Both the position numbers and the translations under genes were made by a program. The notes below the pieces were generated by a model that did no database searches, was not told the DNA's origin, and saw nothing but the letters and a program-made list of their open reading frames with translations. 64,000 bases of DNA from Armatimonadia bacterium (lineage in GTDB: Bacteria; Armatimonadota; Zipacnadia; Zipacnadales; UBA11051): assembly GCA_039683575.1 (NCBI GenBank), contig JBDKRC010000235.1, positions 1 through 64,000 of the forward strand. The letters run 5' to 3'. Shown here piece after piece: positions 47,753 to 56,551 of the stretch. Numbering within the stretch: the stretch's first letter is position 1; every line of letters begins with the position of its first letter.

Positions 47753-49216
47753 ATGCGTTGCGCCATCTACATCAGGGTTTCCACTGAAGAGCAGGCCCGT
47801 GACGGCCTCTCTCTCGATATGCAGAGACACCGCTGTGAACAGGCCGCGTTCGCAGCAGGGGCGGCGAGTATCGAGCACTTCTGCGATGACGGCTACTCCG
47901 GCACTAGGTCAGACAATCGTCCGGCGCTGCAGGGCTTCCTCAGCCGCCTCTCTGAGTTCGACGTGCTCTACGTCTGGAAGTTGGATCGGCTGGCGCGATC
48001 GGCGAGGGATTGGCATAACATCATGCACGTCCTCGCGGCGGCTGACGTAGGGTTTGTGAGCATATCGGAAGCGATCGACGCCCACGGGATTGTCGGCAAG
48101 GCCACCCTTGGCATCCTGGCGAACGTTGCCGAGCTTTTCGTCGACATACTGCGAGAGAATGTGAAGGCCGCGCTGGCGGAGCGCACACAGCGGGGGCTCA
48201 CGCTGGGCCCCGTACCCTTTGGCTATCAGCGCGGTGCCAAGGGTGACCCAATCCTGCCGGATCCGCACACCGCACCAATCCTGCTAGAACTCTACCAGCG
48301 TTACGCCGAAGGGGAGACCATCGCCGGCCTTGCCAAGTGGTTGACGATCGCCACGAAGCGATCTACCCCTTGGGCGCCGACGGTGGTTCGGAAGATGCTG
48401 ACCAATCCCGTGTACGCCGGACGCATCGTTCACAATGGGGAGGTGTTGGAGGGACTACATGTTGCCATCGTGCCCGATGACGTCTGGCGGGCGGCACAGG
48501 CACGCTGCCGTGAGAGCCAGCGGGTACATCCACCCGCCCGTCAACGGTCGCTGGCTCCGGTGTACCGCTGTGGCTTCTGCGGTGCAGCGGTTATGCGGCA
48601 TACTGGCAACCAAGCCTGCTATGGGTGCAGTGTACGCCAGTACGCGCCGCCGGCAGACCGTCACGCTCCTCTGTGGGTACCCATTGTGAAGGTTGAGCAC
48701 TACACCTGGGAAGTTGTCAGGTGGCTGACTTCAGATGAGGCCGCAGACATTGCACACCGTCGTCAGCAAGTACAGGCCACCGGCAAGCACAAAGGAGGCC
48801 GGACGGTGCTATTGACGGCAGAGCGAGACGAGATGATCTCTGCCATAGCGTACAATCTGGAGGCAGCACGGCTGGGCGCCGTTCCGGTGACGATCTTGAT
48901 AGATCAGAACCGACCTCTGCAGGCTAGGCTGGGGCAGATCGACACGGAACTCGCCCGTCTCGTCTATGATGAGCCAGACCCAGTCCCCCATCTATCGCAG
49001 GGCGAGCTTCTGGCCTTAGTGCAGTCTGCGTCCGCGGAAGAGCAGCGTTTGTTCCTGCGCAGTGTCTTTGACCGAGTGGAGCTATTCCCTGACCGTATGC
49101 GGTTCATCCTACGGTCGGCGGGGCTACCCCCTCTTGTGGCAGAACTGCCAAGATACTACGCCCCCGGACGTGGCGTATCCCCGCCCCTCGCGCTCCACGC
49201 AGACCCCCCTACCTGA
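47753..49216 (+). CDS. Large serine recombinase (integrase)
   Basis: AIYIRVSTEEQ (catalytic Ser), DDGYSG, RPAL, KLDRLAR, PFGY, LTNPVYAG, CGFCG zinc ribbon, coiled coil. Confidence 0.95.
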   Translation: MRCAIYIRVSTEEQARDGLSLDMQRHRCEQAAFAAGAASIEHFCDDGYSGTRSDNRPALQGFLSRLSEFDVLYVWKLDRLARSARDWHNIMHVLAAADVGFVSISEAIDAHGIVGKATLGILANVAELFVDILRENVKAALAERTQRGLTLGPVPFGYQRGAKGDPILPDPHTAPILLELYQRYAEGETIAGLAKWLTIATKRSTPWAPTVVRKMLTNPVYAGRIVHNGEVLEGLHVAIVPDDVWRAAQARCRESQRVHPPARQRSLAPVYRCGFCGAAVMRHTGNQACYGCSVRQYAPPADRHAPLWVPIVKVEHYTWEVVRWLTSDEAADIAHRRQQVQATGKHKGGRTVLLTAERDEMISAIAYNLEAARLGAVPVTILIDQNRPLQARLGQIDTELARLVYDEPDPVPHLSQGELLALVQSASAEEQRLFLRSVFDRVELFPDRMRFILRSAGLPPLVAELPRYYAPGRGVSPPLALHADPPT

Positions 49217-49218
49217 AG

Positions 49219-49245
49219 TGACGCGCCTAGCAGGATTCGGGCCTG
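49219..49245 (-). other. Degenerate tRNA 3' fragment (Arg-like), candidate att site
   Basis: Minus strand CAGGcccGAATCCTGCTAGGCGCGtCA resembles a T-arm plus acceptor 3' strand (CAGGTTCGAATCCTG...GGCGCGCCA); no 5' half; begins 2 nt after the integrase stop. Confidence 0.5.
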
Positions 49246-49363
49246 TTCCTGCAGAAGATCAGACCTCGGCACAGGGTCGTGGCGGGCGGCGTCAGCCGGT
49301 TGCCTACGCGCCGTGTCGCCAAGGTATGCCTCAGCAACCTAGACCCCAAGGGAGACCTCTGAT

Positions 49364-50398
49364 ATGGCCAAACGCAATTTATCAATGATTGAATACTTCA
49401 ACAAGATGGCAAAGAACTGGGTCCCGCTGCTGACCTTCCAGGGCAACTCGCTCGCTGAATTCGAGGACTGGCAGGCCAAGGCCAGCGAGAAGTTTTTCGA
49501 GCTTCTCGGCGACTTTCCCCAGTCGGTGGATTCGGAGCCGGAGATCATCTACTCCATCGAAGAAGATGGGATCATCCGCGAAAAGGTAATCTTCGACTCC
49601 GAGGAGGAGATGTCCGTCCCGTGCGTAGTCCTGCGGCCGACCGATATGGAGGCCGACGGCACCAACGCCGCAATCCTGTGCAGCCACGGCCACGGGCCGT
49701 ACGGCAAAGAGCCTGTGGCCGGCAACAAGTCCAGCGCCGGGCTGCGCGAGCAGATCGCCGCCCACCAGTACAACTATGGCGAGATCATGGCCCGTGCGGG
49801 GTATATGACACTCTCGCCCGACCTGCGTGTGTTCGGCGAACGTTCCGACGGCGGCAACCCCTACCCCGGCCGCGACCGTTGCAACGTGCAGTTCCTGCGC
49901 GGGGCGATGTGGGGCGTGTACACGCTGATGCTCAACATCTGGGACATGAAGTGCTGCGTAGACTACCTGCAGTCGCGCGCTGAGATGAACCCCGACCGCA
50001 TAGGCATGATGGGCCTGAGCCAGGGAGGCACGATGACGACCTTCGCCACGGCCGCCGAGCCGCGGATCAAGTGCGCCGACATCATCGGCTACCTGATCCC
50101 GTGGGAGCACCTTGCCATCAACCGGGCCAACTGGTGCGGAAGCCAGATGATTCCCGGCGTGTATCGCTTCTTTGACGTGCCGGATATCGCCGGCCTGATC
50201 GCCCCGCGCCCACTCCTCATCGAGATGGGCGTACAGGACAGCGGCTTCTTCATCGAGGAGCAGTTGAAGGCGTTCGACCACCTCAAGCGGATCTACGACG
50301 CGGCGGGCGCAGGCGAGGACCTGTGGCAGGACATGCATCCGGGAGAGCATGCGTTTGCCAACAACAAGGCGCACGAGTTCTTTGGGAAGTATCTGTGA
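49364..50398 (+). CDS. Alpha/beta hydrolase (dienelactone hydrolase / acetylxylan esterase-like)
   Basis: CSHGHG, GLSQGG nucleophile elbow, LIAPRPLL, D (VQDSGF), H (GEHAF). Confidence 0.9.
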   Translation: MAKRNLSMIEYFNKMAKNWVPLLTFQGNSLAEFEDWQAKASEKFFELLGDFPQSVDSEPEIIYSIEEDGIIREKVIFDSEEEMSVPCVVLRPTDMEADGTNAAILCSHGHGPYGKEPVAGNKSSAGLREQIAAHQYNYGEIMARAGYMTLSPDLRVFGERSDGGNPYPGRDRCNVQFLRGAMWGVYTLMLNIWDMKCCVDYLQSRAEMNPDRIGMMGLSQGGTMTTFATAAEPRIKCADIIGYLIPWEHLAINRANWCGSQMIPGVYRFFDVPDIAGLIAPRPLLIEMGVQDSGFFIEEQLKAFDHLKRIYDAAGAGEDLWQDMHPGEHAFANNKAHEFFGKYL

Positions 50399-50437
50399 GC
50401 GAAGGAGATCAGCACGCACTGCCCATGGAGGAAGACT

Positions 50438-51661
50438 ATGCCAAACGAGCACGCCACCGGCACCAGACGGCTCAGGGGAGAGGCAGTCATCGCCTGCGCA
50501 TTGGCGTCCGCGTTCCTTCTGCTCTCCACCGCTCGGACGCAGGCCCAGCAGGCCGATGTCTCCAGTCTCTGGGTTAACGACAATAAGGGCGACGACAATG
50601 CGACTGGTGACCGTGCGCATCCTCTGAAGTCGATCTCGGTTGCCTTGTCCAAGCTATCGGAACCCCTGCTGCACGGGGTGACCATCCACTGGGCCGGCGG
50701 CACGATCCTGTCCAGCGGCGGCAGGTGGATGCTTCCGGATCGCCTGCAACTTATGCTCCGCATGCTCCCCAGTGCGGGCGTGCGAATCGTCGGCGAACCC
50801 AACGAAGCGGGAGCGCTTCCGGTGCTGGCGTTCCGGGGTGATCCACTGGTTGATGTTGTCGAGGGCAACTGGTGGCTGGAAAACTTGCAGATCGGCAACG
50901 GCAATTACGCTTGCGGTTTGAGGGCAACGGGGCCCGGGGTGGTGCGCCTCAGCAACGTGACGTTCCGCATCTATACCAACAGCGGCTGTGCCATACAGGC
51001 CCGTCGAGGCGGTCTGGTCGAACTCAGCGGCGCGATCAAGATCAATGAACACCTCCACGACCAAGCACCCCCTGACAGCTTTGCCAGTATCGTGGCGGAG
51101 TACTCCGGCATCGTCCGCTACGTCGACAGCGACCATAGTTCGCTCGATATGGGCAACGGTCAGTTGTCGACCAGCTACTATGGCGTGATCGAGCTCGGGG
51201 CCAAGGACGTGCGCGTCACAAGCTGGGGCGGGCAGAGCAACTGCGTCGCCATCAATGACAGTGGCCGCATCGACTTCCATGGCTCAACGATCCGACTGTG
51301 TGCCCGCCTCAAAGGCAACACACCTGTCGGCCTTGAGGACGATGGGCATGTGCTGGGCGAGGGAGCTCACTTGATCATCGAGGGTGACAACAACAACGCC
51401 ATCGTTCTCCAGAAGAACAGCGCCTTCGGATGCACTACGGTCGAACTAAGAGGGCCTATCCGGACGGCGGTCAGTGCGATGAGCGGATCCACCTTTCACG
51501 GCGGCTTTCTTGGCGACATCGGAAGTGTGGACGTCGACACGGGTGCCTGCGTTGCAATCGGCGAGGTCCAGGGGCGCATCACCGGGCAAGTGACTGCCAT
51601 CCGTGGCGGCACAGTCGTCCTTCCAGGAGGCAAGGTCATATTTGGTCAGGGCGGCCTCTAG
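50438..51661 (+). CDS. Secreted pectin-lyase-fold / DUF1565-like beta-helix protein
   Basis: Signal-like hydrophobic stretch; LWVNDNKGDDNATGDRAHPLKSISVAL; Gly/Asn-rich beta repeats. Confidence 0.65.
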   Translation: MPNEHATGTRRLRGEAVIACALASAFLLLSTARTQAQQADVSSLWVNDNKGDDNATGDRAHPLKSISVALSKLSEPLLHGVTIHWAGGTILSSGGRWMLPDRLQLMLRMLPSAGVRIVGEPNEAGALPVLAFRGDPLVDVVEGNWWLENLQIGNGNYACGLRATGPGVVRLSNVTFRIYTNSGCAIQARRGGLVELSGAIKINEHLHDQAPPDSFASIVAEYSGIVRYVDSDHSSLDMGNGQLSTSYYGVIELGAKDVRVTSWGGQSNCVAINDSGRIDFHGSTIRLCARLKGNTPVGLEDDGHVLGEGAHLIIEGDNNNAIVLQKNSAFGCTTVELRGPIRTAVSAMSGSTFHGGFLGDIGSVDVDTGACVAIGEVQGRITGQVTAIRGGTVVLPGGKVIFGQGGL

Positions 51662-51671
51662 GCGCCCGACC

Positions 51672-51913
51672 GGGCCTCATCGCTCCCCGCCGCTGCTGAT
51701 CGAGATGGGCGTACAGGACAGCGGTTTCTTCATTCAGCGCTTGCTCAAGCAACTGGCGGCGTATGACTACCTGAGGTGCATCGCAGATGCACCTCATAGC
51801 GCATCTATGACGCGGCGGGAGCCGGCGAGGACCTGCGCCAGGACATGCCCCCAGTGAGCACGCGTTTCTTAACAACAAGGTGCACCAGTTCTTCGGAGAG
51901 CACTTGTCGAGCG
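51672..51913 (+). pseudogene. Degenerate copy 2 of the hydrolase 3' end
   Basis: GGCCTCATCGCTCCCCGCC..ATCGAGATGGGCGTACAGGACAGCGG..AACAACAAGG matches 50190-50398, with indels. Confidence 0.88.
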
Positions 51914-52212
51914 TCTGACCACTGAGCAGTCTCCCACGTCGGGGCTTGGCCGCCGGCCACGGTTCAGCACCACTACTGAGGAGCTACTTATGTCGCGGTC
52001 CGCACCCGCTGGGATGAGAATGCGCAAGATGGTGGCTGATGTCGGCGGCCGGAGCGGAGTCCGGGCGAACTAGACTCCGCCGCCTGTCAGGCGAACCTGA
52101 CACCCGCCGACTCGATGGTTTGGTGCCCGCCAAGGCGGCCCTGCCCATCTTTCCATTTCTTTGCCGTTGCCGTTACCATCCTCGCCGTTATTCTCAGAGG
52201 AGGTTCGTCACC

Positions 52213-53709
52213 ATGGATCGACTGACCGTTTCGCGCCTTCTGACCACGCTGTTGTCGATGGCGCTGCTCTCAACCGGATGGGCCCTGCCGTGTAGACAGT
52301 GCGGCGCTGGACCTGCAACCGTGGCCCAACGTCGGGCAGACTGCGGTGCGGTGGCACCGACCAAGGCCGTTGCGTACGCTGAGCCCGAGGTGGCCTGGGC
52401 TGGGCGGCCGCCGGCCGTCGGAATACGAGTGGCGCAGGCGGTTCCTGTCCCCGTCCCTCCGGTCGCACCGGTCACGCCGGCGGCCGGCCAGAAGGGTATG
52501 CCATGGGAGCGGGCGGGCACCGCTGTGGGGCAGGAGATTGTGGGGCCCGACGGGGGCAAGATGGTGTGGGTGCCCGCCGGCAGCCTCCTGATGGGGTCAG
52601 ACGAGAAGGACGCGCCTACCGATGAGAAGCCTGCACACCTGATGAAGCTCACCGGGGGCTTCTGGCTGGGGAAGTACGAAGTCACGATCGGACAGTACCG
52701 GGCCTTCTGCCAGGCGACGGAGAGGCGGTTCGGTTCCGACACCAGCGCCCCACCGGATCACCCCATGGAGGGACCGAGTTGGGATGAGGCAGCCGCTTAC
52801 TGCCAGCATTTCGGTCTTGTGCTACCCACGGAGGCGCAGTGGGAGTACGCGGCGCGAGGCGCTGACGGAAGGCGGTATCCATGGGGCAACGAGTGGGACG
52901 CGAAGAAGTGCTGTAATGGTGCGAACAGGGGTACGGGAAGGGTTTTGACTCTGGCCGTGGGCAGCGTTGAGGCGGACCGTAGCTGGTGCGGTGCGGCAGA
53001 CATGGCTGGGAATGTCCGTGAATGGTGCGCGGACTGGTATGGCGATGCCTACTACGCGCAATCGCCTCCAGAAGACCCCAAAGGGGCCGGCAACGGCGAG
53101 TTCCGAGTCCTCCGGGGTGGTTCTGTTGAAGCCAACGGCGAGAGCTATTTCAGCGCATGGCGCCGCGGGCGGTGTCGTCCGGATATGCAGTACTTCTCCA
53201 TCGGGTTCCGTTGTGTGGCTTTGCCGTCCCAACCGATGCTCGATGGCAGTGACGTTGTGGTCGAGGGCGAGAGCTACACCAGTATTGCCCAATCCATGGC
53301 GCGGGGCAGCGATGCGGCCGCCTCCGGAGGGGCCTATGTCGGCATTCCGCTGGCTGAACCGCACGCGGCAAGAGAAGCTGCAACCCAGGACACGGGCAAC
53401 TGCGCGTATACGGTCGTGATCTCCACTGCCGGGGAGTACCGTCTGTGGGCGCGGGTATGGTGGACAGATTCCTTCGGCAACTCATTCTACCTGAGGCCGC
53501 CGGACAAGAAGATCATCGTGCTCGGCCAGGATTCGACCTTCCAGAGCTGGCACTGGGTCCGCGGCCCGTCATTGCACCTTGACGCGGGTCCAGTGACCAT
53601 CGTCGTTCAGAATCGCGAGGGTGGTACCCGGCTTGATGAGTTCCTGCTGACGACGAAGACAGACTACGTGCCGATCGGCCCCCTGTCAGAGACCGCGCAG
53701 AACAACTGA
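52213..53709 (+). CDS. Secreted FGE-sulfatase (SUMF1) domain protein with C-terminal CBM-like domain
   Basis: GAGGAGG RBS; MVWVPAG.LLMG, KYEVT, LPTEAQWEYAARG, DMAGNVREWC, IGFRC. Confidence 0.88.
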   Translation: MDRLTVSRLLTTLLSMALLSTGWALPCRQCGAGPATVAQRRADCGAVAPTKAVAYAEPEVAWAGRPPAVGIRVAQAVPVPVPPVAPVTPAAGQKGMPWERAGTAVGQEIVGPDGGKMVWVPAGSLLMGSDEKDAPTDEKPAHLMKLTGGFWLGKYEVTIGQYRAFCQATERRFGSDTSAPPDHPMEGPSWDEAAAYCQHFGLVLPTEAQWEYAARGADGRRYPWGNEWDAKKCCNGANRGTGRVLTLAVGSVEADRSWCGAADMAGNVREWCADWYGDAYYAQSPPEDPKGAGNGEFRVLRGGSVEANGESYFSAWRRGRCRPDMQYFSIGFRCVALPSQPMLDGSDVVVEGESYTSIAQSMARGSDAAASGGAYVGIPLAEPHAAREAATQDTGNCAYTVVISTAGEYRLWARVWWTDSFGNSFYLRPPDKKIIVLGQDSTFQSWHWVRGPSLHLDAGPVTIVVQNREGGTRLDEFLLTTKTDYVPIGPLSETAQNN

Positions 53710-53907
53710 GTCACCGCGAGAGCAGGGCGCCTACACTATCGCGGTGCTGCAGTTGCGCCCATGTCACCGGCACAGATCGTCACCGCTGCCTCTCCGGGCG
53801 GAGTGAGCGTTGCGGGGCACAAAGACCACGCAAGCAGGCAACACGCGGCTGGCCGACTGCAGAACCGCGGAGGCCCCCAGGCTGTATTGGACCAGTTCTG
53901 AGGTCAG

Positions 53908-54100
53908 CGCCTGATCGCTCCCCGCCCGCTCCTGATGGAAATGAACGCGCAGGACAACCGTGTCTTCATCGAGAAATGGTTGTATAGCGTTCAATTATCT
54001 GAAGTGCCACCCGTGGAGCGCCTTGATGAGGCTATCGGCGCTGGCGGAGGTCTCTCGCAGCACCTGCACCCGGACGACCGTGTTAGCCTGACAGTAGGCG
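53908..54100 (+). pseudogene. Highly degenerate copy 3 of the hydrolase 3' end
   Basis: GCCTGATCGCTCCCCGCCCGCTCCTGATGGAAATG..CAGGACAAC..TTCATCGAG..TGCACCCGG. Confidence 0.75.
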
Positions 54101-54144
54101 GAGTGGCCTTGTCTGCGGCACATCCAGGTCTAGGAGGAAACCAA

Positions 54145-56532
54145 GTGAAGAACGTAATTCTGGTTCTGGTCCTGACGCTGTGCTCCCTGTGTCTCGTCGC
54201 GCACGCACAGACGGTCACCCTCGATTCTCCACGAGAAGTCCGTATGTCCGAGGGCACAAAGGTGTGCGAACAGGCGGACAAACTCTTGGATGAAGGCAAG
54301 CCCTCGGAGGCGCTAAAGCTATACCAGCAGGTGCTGACCTTCCTGCCAACCTCCCCCCGGGCAAAGGCCGGGGTCGCGGAGTGCAAGGTGCTGTTGGCGG
54401 CCACGACACCCGTGGCGGGGGGCCAAGTTTCGACTGGGGCCAGCCACTATCCCACCAAATACATCCGGTTTCCTCTGCCCCCACAGGGAACTAGAACGTT
54501 GCTGTTGAGCTTCGCGGCGAATGCGGCGGGGCAGTATACGATCATGGAAGTGGATGTTGACGGGAATGGCAAGATCGAGACCGCGGAGCGGCGGCAGGGG
54601 ACTGCGCGAACGTACCAGAACTGTGAGTTCAGCGGGGCCGACCTGGGAGAGTTCGCGTTGCCACCAGGACCGGCTGGAAAGGTTTCGATCACGACCAGTT
54701 GGTCTCACGCGGCGCAGCCCGGCAAGCCCGTGGTTGACCAGTTCAGCGGGAAGTGGCAGTGGCTGTCGCCTGCGGGGCAGGATACGTGGAGCTATGCCGG
54801 GACGTGGCTGGGGCGTTTCAGTCTGGACAACCTCAATCAGGGCAGCATCTATGGGGAGAAGGCTGCACTGAGGCCGTACCCGCAGTTGGAGGGGGTGGCG
54901 GCAGGACAAGCGATAGTGCGGGTGCAAGGCGTGAGTGTTCCGTGGGGAACCGCGACGAACTGGCTTAAGAACGGCGCGCAGTGCGAAATGAAGCTGAGAG
55001 TGACGGATGAGAAGGGGACTGCAGTCCATCAGGGGGCTCTGCAGGCTGGGTCAAACGGGCTTTTTGAGACGACGGTGACGCTGCCCGGAGGAAAGTATGT
55101 GGCAGAGGTTCGCACCGATACGGGGCCGATAGCGGGCGAGGTCGCCGGGACGGTTCCGTTTGAGGTGAAGGCTTCGCTGGCGGCGACACAGAGGACGGGG
55201 CTCAAGGGACCTGTCATGAAGGTTGGCCGGCGGATCTTCAAGGACGACGCCGAGGGCACTGACAACTACAGCCTCATGTCGTGGGTTCAGGATTTCAGGG
55301 AATGCTGCGCCAGCGACTATGTGTTGCCCGAAAAGAGCATGCTGGTGGTGCGGCCACTGGATAATGTACAACTGACGGATGTGCAGTGCATCGCTCTGGC
55401 GGAGGAGCTGGCAACCGTGCAGGCGCCGGTGGGGGTGCAGATGTATGGACAGAAGGAGTTGACCATCAAGGGAATAACGGCACTGGCGAAGGTGCCGAAC
55501 CTGCGTTCGCTGGCCTTGATGCGATTTGACAACCTGGACGACAAGGCCTGCGAGACGATTGCCACGGCAAAAGAGCTGCGGTTCCTGTGGCTGAACCAGA
55601 ATGCGAAGATCACGGACCAGGGAATCCAGTACCTGGGCGCTCTGCCTGAGCTGGGCTATCTCAATATTGGGGATACGCCCGTTGTTGGGTCGGGTCTGAA
55701 GGCGCTGTCAGGCTGCAATAAGCTCGACCGGATCTATGTCGGGTCGGCGGCTTTCAAGGACGCCGCGCCTTTGGGGGCCTTTACGTCGGTGCGGGAGTTA
55801 GCCCTGTGGGGGGCGAAGGACACGACGGGCCTGGAGGAACTGCGTAACCTGCAGCGGCTGAAGTGGCTCAGCGTTCATGGCATTGACTGCCCTCCGGACA
55901 AGCTCAAGTTCCTCTCCGAGCTTCCTGAGTTGATGAACCTCTCGATCCAGGGCAACCAGTTGCTGACGGATATTAGTACCACGCCTATCCCCCAGATTAC
56001 ACGTCTGAAATACCTCAGTCTGCGAGACTGCCGTAACCTGGCTGCGGGGCTAAACTCTCTGGGAGGGCTGCGAGCCCTCGACAGCCTGGATCTGCAGGGT
56101 TGCCGTTCGCTTGACGGGACGGGCCTGAAAGTGCTCACCGGTGCGCCGATATTCTGGCTGGACCTCAGCGGGTGCGAAAGCATGAAGGACGCCGGACTGA
56201 GCGAGGTGGGCAGCCTGACGCAGGTTAACCAACTCGAGGCCGACGGGACAGGGCTGGGCGACGGGGCGGTGGCGCAGTGGCAGGGCTTGGCGAGTATGAC
56301 GCGGCTTGACGCCTATAACACACCGCTTACGGATGCAGGAATGGAGGCCTTGGCGCGGCTCCCCGTACGCTACCTGGGCCTGAACGGGTGCAAGGCCATT
56401 ACCGACAAGGGATTAATGGCCCTGACGCGCTCGGACAAGCTGCAGTCGGTGGGGGTAGGCGGTACGGCAGTGACAGACGCAGGGATAGCAGCGGCGCGGC
56501 AGGCCAAGCCGCAACTGCAGATCAGCAAATAA
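54145..56532 (+). CDS. Secreted protein: constant SPREVR/TPR-like leader, beta domains, leucine-rich repeats
   Basis: AGGAGG RBS plus GTG 54145; signal peptide; LxxLxL repeats with ITD.GL motifs. Confidence 0.85.
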   Translation: MKNVILVLVLTLCSLCLVAHAQTVTLDSPREVRMSEGTKVCEQADKLLDEGKPSEALKLYQQVLTFLPTSPRAKAGVAECKVLLAATTPVAGGQVSTGASHYPTKYIRFPLPPQGTRTLLLSFAANAAGQYTIMEVDVDGNGKIETAERRQGTARTYQNCEFSGADLGEFALPPGPAGKVSITTSWSHAAQPGKPVVDQFSGKWQWLSPAGQDTWSYAGTWLGRFSLDNLNQGSIYGEKAALRPYPQLEGVAAGQAIVRVQGVSVPWGTATNWLKNGAQCEMKLRVTDEKGTAVHQGALQAGSNGLFETTVTLPGGKYVAEVRTDTGPIAGEVAGTVPFEVKASLAATQRTGLKGPVMKVGRRIFKDDAEGTDNYSLMSWVQDFRECCASDYVLPEKSMLVVRPLDNVQLTDVQCIALAEELATVQAPVGVQMYGQKELTIKGITALAKVPNLRSLALMRFDNLDDKACETIATAKELRFLWLNQNAKITDQGIQYLGALPELGYLNIGDTPVVGSGLKALSGCNKLDRIYVGSAAFKDAAPLGAFTSVRELALWGAKDTTGLEELRNLQRLKWLSVHGIDCPPDKLKFLSELPELMNLSIQGNQLLTDISTTPIPQITRLKYLSLRDCRNLAAGLNSLGGLRALDSLDLQGCRSLDGTGLKVLTGAPIFWLDLSGCESMKDAGLSEVGSLTQVNQLEADGTGLGDGAVAQWQGLASMTRLDAYNTPLTDAGMEALARLPVRYLGLNGCKAITDKGLMALTRSDKLQSVGVGGTAVTDAGIAAARQAKPQLQISK

Positions 56533-56551
56533 CTGTGGGGAGAAGCCTGAG

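Larger units (their letters stand above)
21000..49245. mobile_element. Integrated mobile element (integrative plasmid or satellite-like); boundaries approximate
   Basis: Large serine and tyrosine recombinases, initiator with iterons plus DnaC-like ATPase, ParA-like, orphan methyltransferases, ArdC-like and many short orphan ORFs; tRNA-like 3' fragment at the right end. Left att not found. Confidence 0.65.

Noticed and set aside
49219-49295. Intact tRNA gene
   Set aside because: No D-arm, anticodon arm or matching 5' acceptor strand.
49382-50620. 412-aa minus-strand ORF
   Set aside because: Shadow of the hydrolase.
53935-54144. N-terminal extension of the 865-aa ORF
   Set aside because: It is the decayed hydrolase-tail copy; RBS and signal peptide place the start at GTG 54145.
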